The notes under the pieces were generated by a model. The model did no database searches and was not told the DNA's origin. It saw only the letters and a program-made list of their open reading frames with translations. From Pedobacter sp. (GTDB lineage: Bacteria; Desulfobacterota; Desulfuromonadia; Desulfuromonadales; Syntrophotaleaceae): a stretch of 64,000 bases of DNA. The position numbers and the translations under genes are program-made. Positions 62,065-64,000 of the stretch are shown in pieces; positions within the stretch are counted from its first letter, which is position 1, and each line of letters starts with the position of its first letter. Location of the stretch: NCBI GenBank assembly GCA_050253415.1, contig JBFWJC010000001.1, forward strand, positions 776,679 through 840,678, read 5' to 3'.

Positions 62065-62799
62065 CTTCGGTTTTTCCGCCAACCTTTCATTAAATCGCTG
62101 ATTAATTCGTTGGCGGTAGCCTTCCGCATAATCGGTATTCGGCATCAGCGGTTGTTCCAAGCGTGCGATAGTATTTTTTGACAGTCCGAGGTTGCGCACC
62201 ATTTCGCTTCCTGCCTCGTGCAACAGCACCTTGTACTGCTCGACAAAGGGAAGCAGGTTCGGATTCGAGGTCGACAGCAGGGGGCCTCCCCCACGGTAGA
62301 TCTCCGCCAGCAGTCGACAGCTCATATTGCGGGCCACGCGGCGGAACAGCACCCGTAACACTTCGAAGTGGCTCTGCTCGGGAAACCCGCAGTTGGAGAT
62401 GGCCAGCAGATATTTCGGCTTGTCGTGAATGCGTATATGGCGCGTTTCGCCGTGTTCGTCCGGTTCCATGTGCGGATCGACCAGAGGGATAAGCCGGTCC
62501 ATGAAGTTTTTCATGATGCCGCTGACGTTGTCGACGTACAGGGGGGTCGCCAGGCCAACCACATCTGACGCGGTTATTCTGGGCAGCAGTTTGTCCATGG
62601 CGTCGCGATGGATGCACTGTCCCGGCGTCTTGAACCAGCAGGCCAGGCAACCGATGCACGGGTTGATTTCCTTGCCCGACAAAAAGATATTTTCCACTTC
62701 GGCACCGGCTTCTTCCGCGCCGGCGGTAAAGGCTTCGACCATGATATGGGTGTTGCCTAGCTCCTTATGCGGACTGCCGTTAAAGATGGTGATACGCAT
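62059..62799 (-). CDS. Flavodoxin-family iron-sulfur flavoprotein
   Basis: NGSPHKELGNT, CIGCLACW...GQC, ATPLY, MKNFMDR; AAGGAGG RBS. Confidence 0.9.
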   Translation of the reverse strand: MRITIFNGSPHKELGNTHIMVEAFTAGAEEAGAEVENIFLSGKEINPCIGCLACWFKTPGQCIHRDAMDKLLPRITASDVVGLATPLYVDNVSGIMKNFMDRLIPLVDPHMEPDEHGETRHIRIHDKPKYLLAISNCGFPEQSHFEVLRVLFRRVARNMSCRLLAEIYRGGGPLLSTSNPNLLPFVEQYKVLLHEAGSEMVRNLGLSKNTIARLEQPLMPNTDYAEGYRQRINQRFNERLAEKPKL

Positions 62800-62980
62800 G
62801 GCGCCTCCTTTTCCTTTATGGTGTGGTGCATGAAGGGATTGTTGTGAAGTCGGGATGCCGGTTCGACAGGGACTTTTACCCATATTATCCTTTCAGGCGG
62901 GGTGCGCAAGGCACGACGTTATAACTTTATACCGGTTCCGCATAAGGCCCGGTTTGTCCAGCAAGCTCGAAAAGCATTGG

Positions 62981-63083
62981 GTTAACCGCACAGAGCGATG
63001 AGCTCGCCAAGATGTTCCAGAAAAGTGCATCTCGCTTTATCCTCTCGCGTTTTCCCTGCGCACTTTGCGTGCTCTGCGGTTAA
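62981..63083. repeat. Palindromic element related to 44122-44353
   Basis: TTAACCGCACAGAGC ... GTGCTCTGCGGTTAA. Confidence 0.6.
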
Positions 63084-63478
63084 TGACCGATTCTATTTGG
63101 TTTTAAGTCGTTCCAAATAAAAAAGCCCCTTCCGTGTTGTGCAAGGGGTTCACTTAACGTGTTGGCCGATATGTAAAAATAGAGTCTTCCTTGATCTCAG
63201 GGGAGGCTCTTTACTGTGCGTTGGTCACTGATTCTAAATTTTATGGTTTGCTTAGCTTTGTTGCGGCCGGGAGTGCATCCGCCTCTCTGGTGGCTGATAA
63301 ATCCTAGATAATCCGATAATCAATTTAAGACAACACATCTGACGTCCCAACCTAGGAGAAGCAGGTTGGGGCGTAAGATGTTTTAGTAATCGTGGTTTTT
63401 AAGACTGTAGTTTAAACCTGCCTCCAGAGGTGGAGCCTACACACCCTCCTTGAGAGTTAACTGTGATCCTATTTGTAT

Positions 63479-63766
63479 TTATTTGAATCTTGATGTGGCG
63501 GACTTTAATGCATTTCTTAGAGAATCCCACGCGCTATCAACGCCTTCTTTAAGGTCCTTCCATGCATTGTCACCTGCATTCTTTAACTCAGCAAGTTTAT
63601 TGGCTGCAGATTCCCTCATAGCCCGTAGCTTTTCAATCTCTTTATAATATTCAATTTTTGCATCAGCTTCTGCTCGGTCGGCTTTTGCTTTAAGCTTGTC
63701 GATTTCCGCACTCCACTCATTTAATTGTGCATTCATTTTCTGTTGGTAGGCTTCTTTCTTGCTCAT
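63479..63766 (-). CDS. Small coiled-coil protein (sll1863-like stress family)
   Basis: KEAYQQKMNAQLNEWSAEIDKLKAK...AWKDLKEGVDSAW; GAGGAG RBS. Confidence 0.85.
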   Translation of the reverse strand: MSKKEAYQQKMNAQLNEWSAEIDKLKAKADRAEADAKIEYYKEIEKLRAMRESAANKLAELKNAGDNAWKDLKEGVDSAWDSLRNALKSATSRFK

Positions 63767-63853
63767 GATTCATCTCCTCAATATGTATCCCCCGACAAAG
63801 CAGGGGGGAAAGGAATGGGGATGTCGTATTTGAAACCTTATTTTTTCAGAGAA

Positions 63854-64000
63854 TTAACCCCCTCGTAAAACGAGATTGTTTATGACCCTCTTGACCCCGG
63901 AGACCCCACTGGCGATTTCCTCTGCGCGTTGTTTCTTTTCCATACTTTCCACAAAGCCGCTCAGTTGGACTACCCCGCCATAAGTTTCAACCTCCACCTG
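63854..64000 (-). CDS. BON-domain protein, 5'-partial, absent from ORF track
   Basis: QVEVETYAGVVQLSGFVES...AEEIASGVSGVKRVINNL then TAA. Confidence 0.85.
   Translation of the reverse strand, partial: QVEVETYGGVVQLSGFVESMEKKQRAEEIASGVSGVKRVINNLVLRGG

Noticed and set aside
61842..62181. ORFs with LQLAACS/LQLTAYS repeats; CRISPR-like array
   Set aside because: Translation artefacts of the heptamer repeat; no spacers and no cas genes

Overview
Chromosomal window from a GC-rich anaerobe. Gene content and intergenic repeats suggest Desulfuromonadales (Syntrophotalea/Pelobacter/Geobacter-like); this is an inference. It holds about 55 genes, mostly stress, metabolism and signalling: a GlrK/QseG/GlrR-like sigma54 system, katG, pilT, GST, gloA, cls, hemerythrin, alkaline phosphatase, fbaB, amn, a Mn/Zn ABC operon with a permease-DtxR fusion, a VWA plus two-component module, gap and peptidases. 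I saw no rRNA, tRNA, CRISPR array or intact transposase. The most interesting signals are not in the ORF track. (1) A 5.4 kb AT-rich c-di-GMP cassette (GGDEF-EAL, flavodoxin-like, PilZ, catalytically truncated serine-recombinase-like ORF) is bracketed by two diverged ~265 bp direct repeats, each encoding a 35-aa RCKP rubredoxin-like peptide and a co-varying terminator. (2) An unassigned, highly structured ~220 nt intergenic segment at 6240-6461 lies next to an AT-rich gene flanked by ~150 bp direct repeats. (3) A dual-hairpin ANTAR attenuator precedes a nitrogenase-associated gene. (4) There is an anti-Shine-Dalgarno sRNA candidate at ~14.2 kb. (5) There are candidate operator arrays for the GlrR-like and OmpR-like regulators, a radical SAM gene that needs a CTG start, and two pseudogenes. 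All assignments are by eye from motifs; no searches were run.
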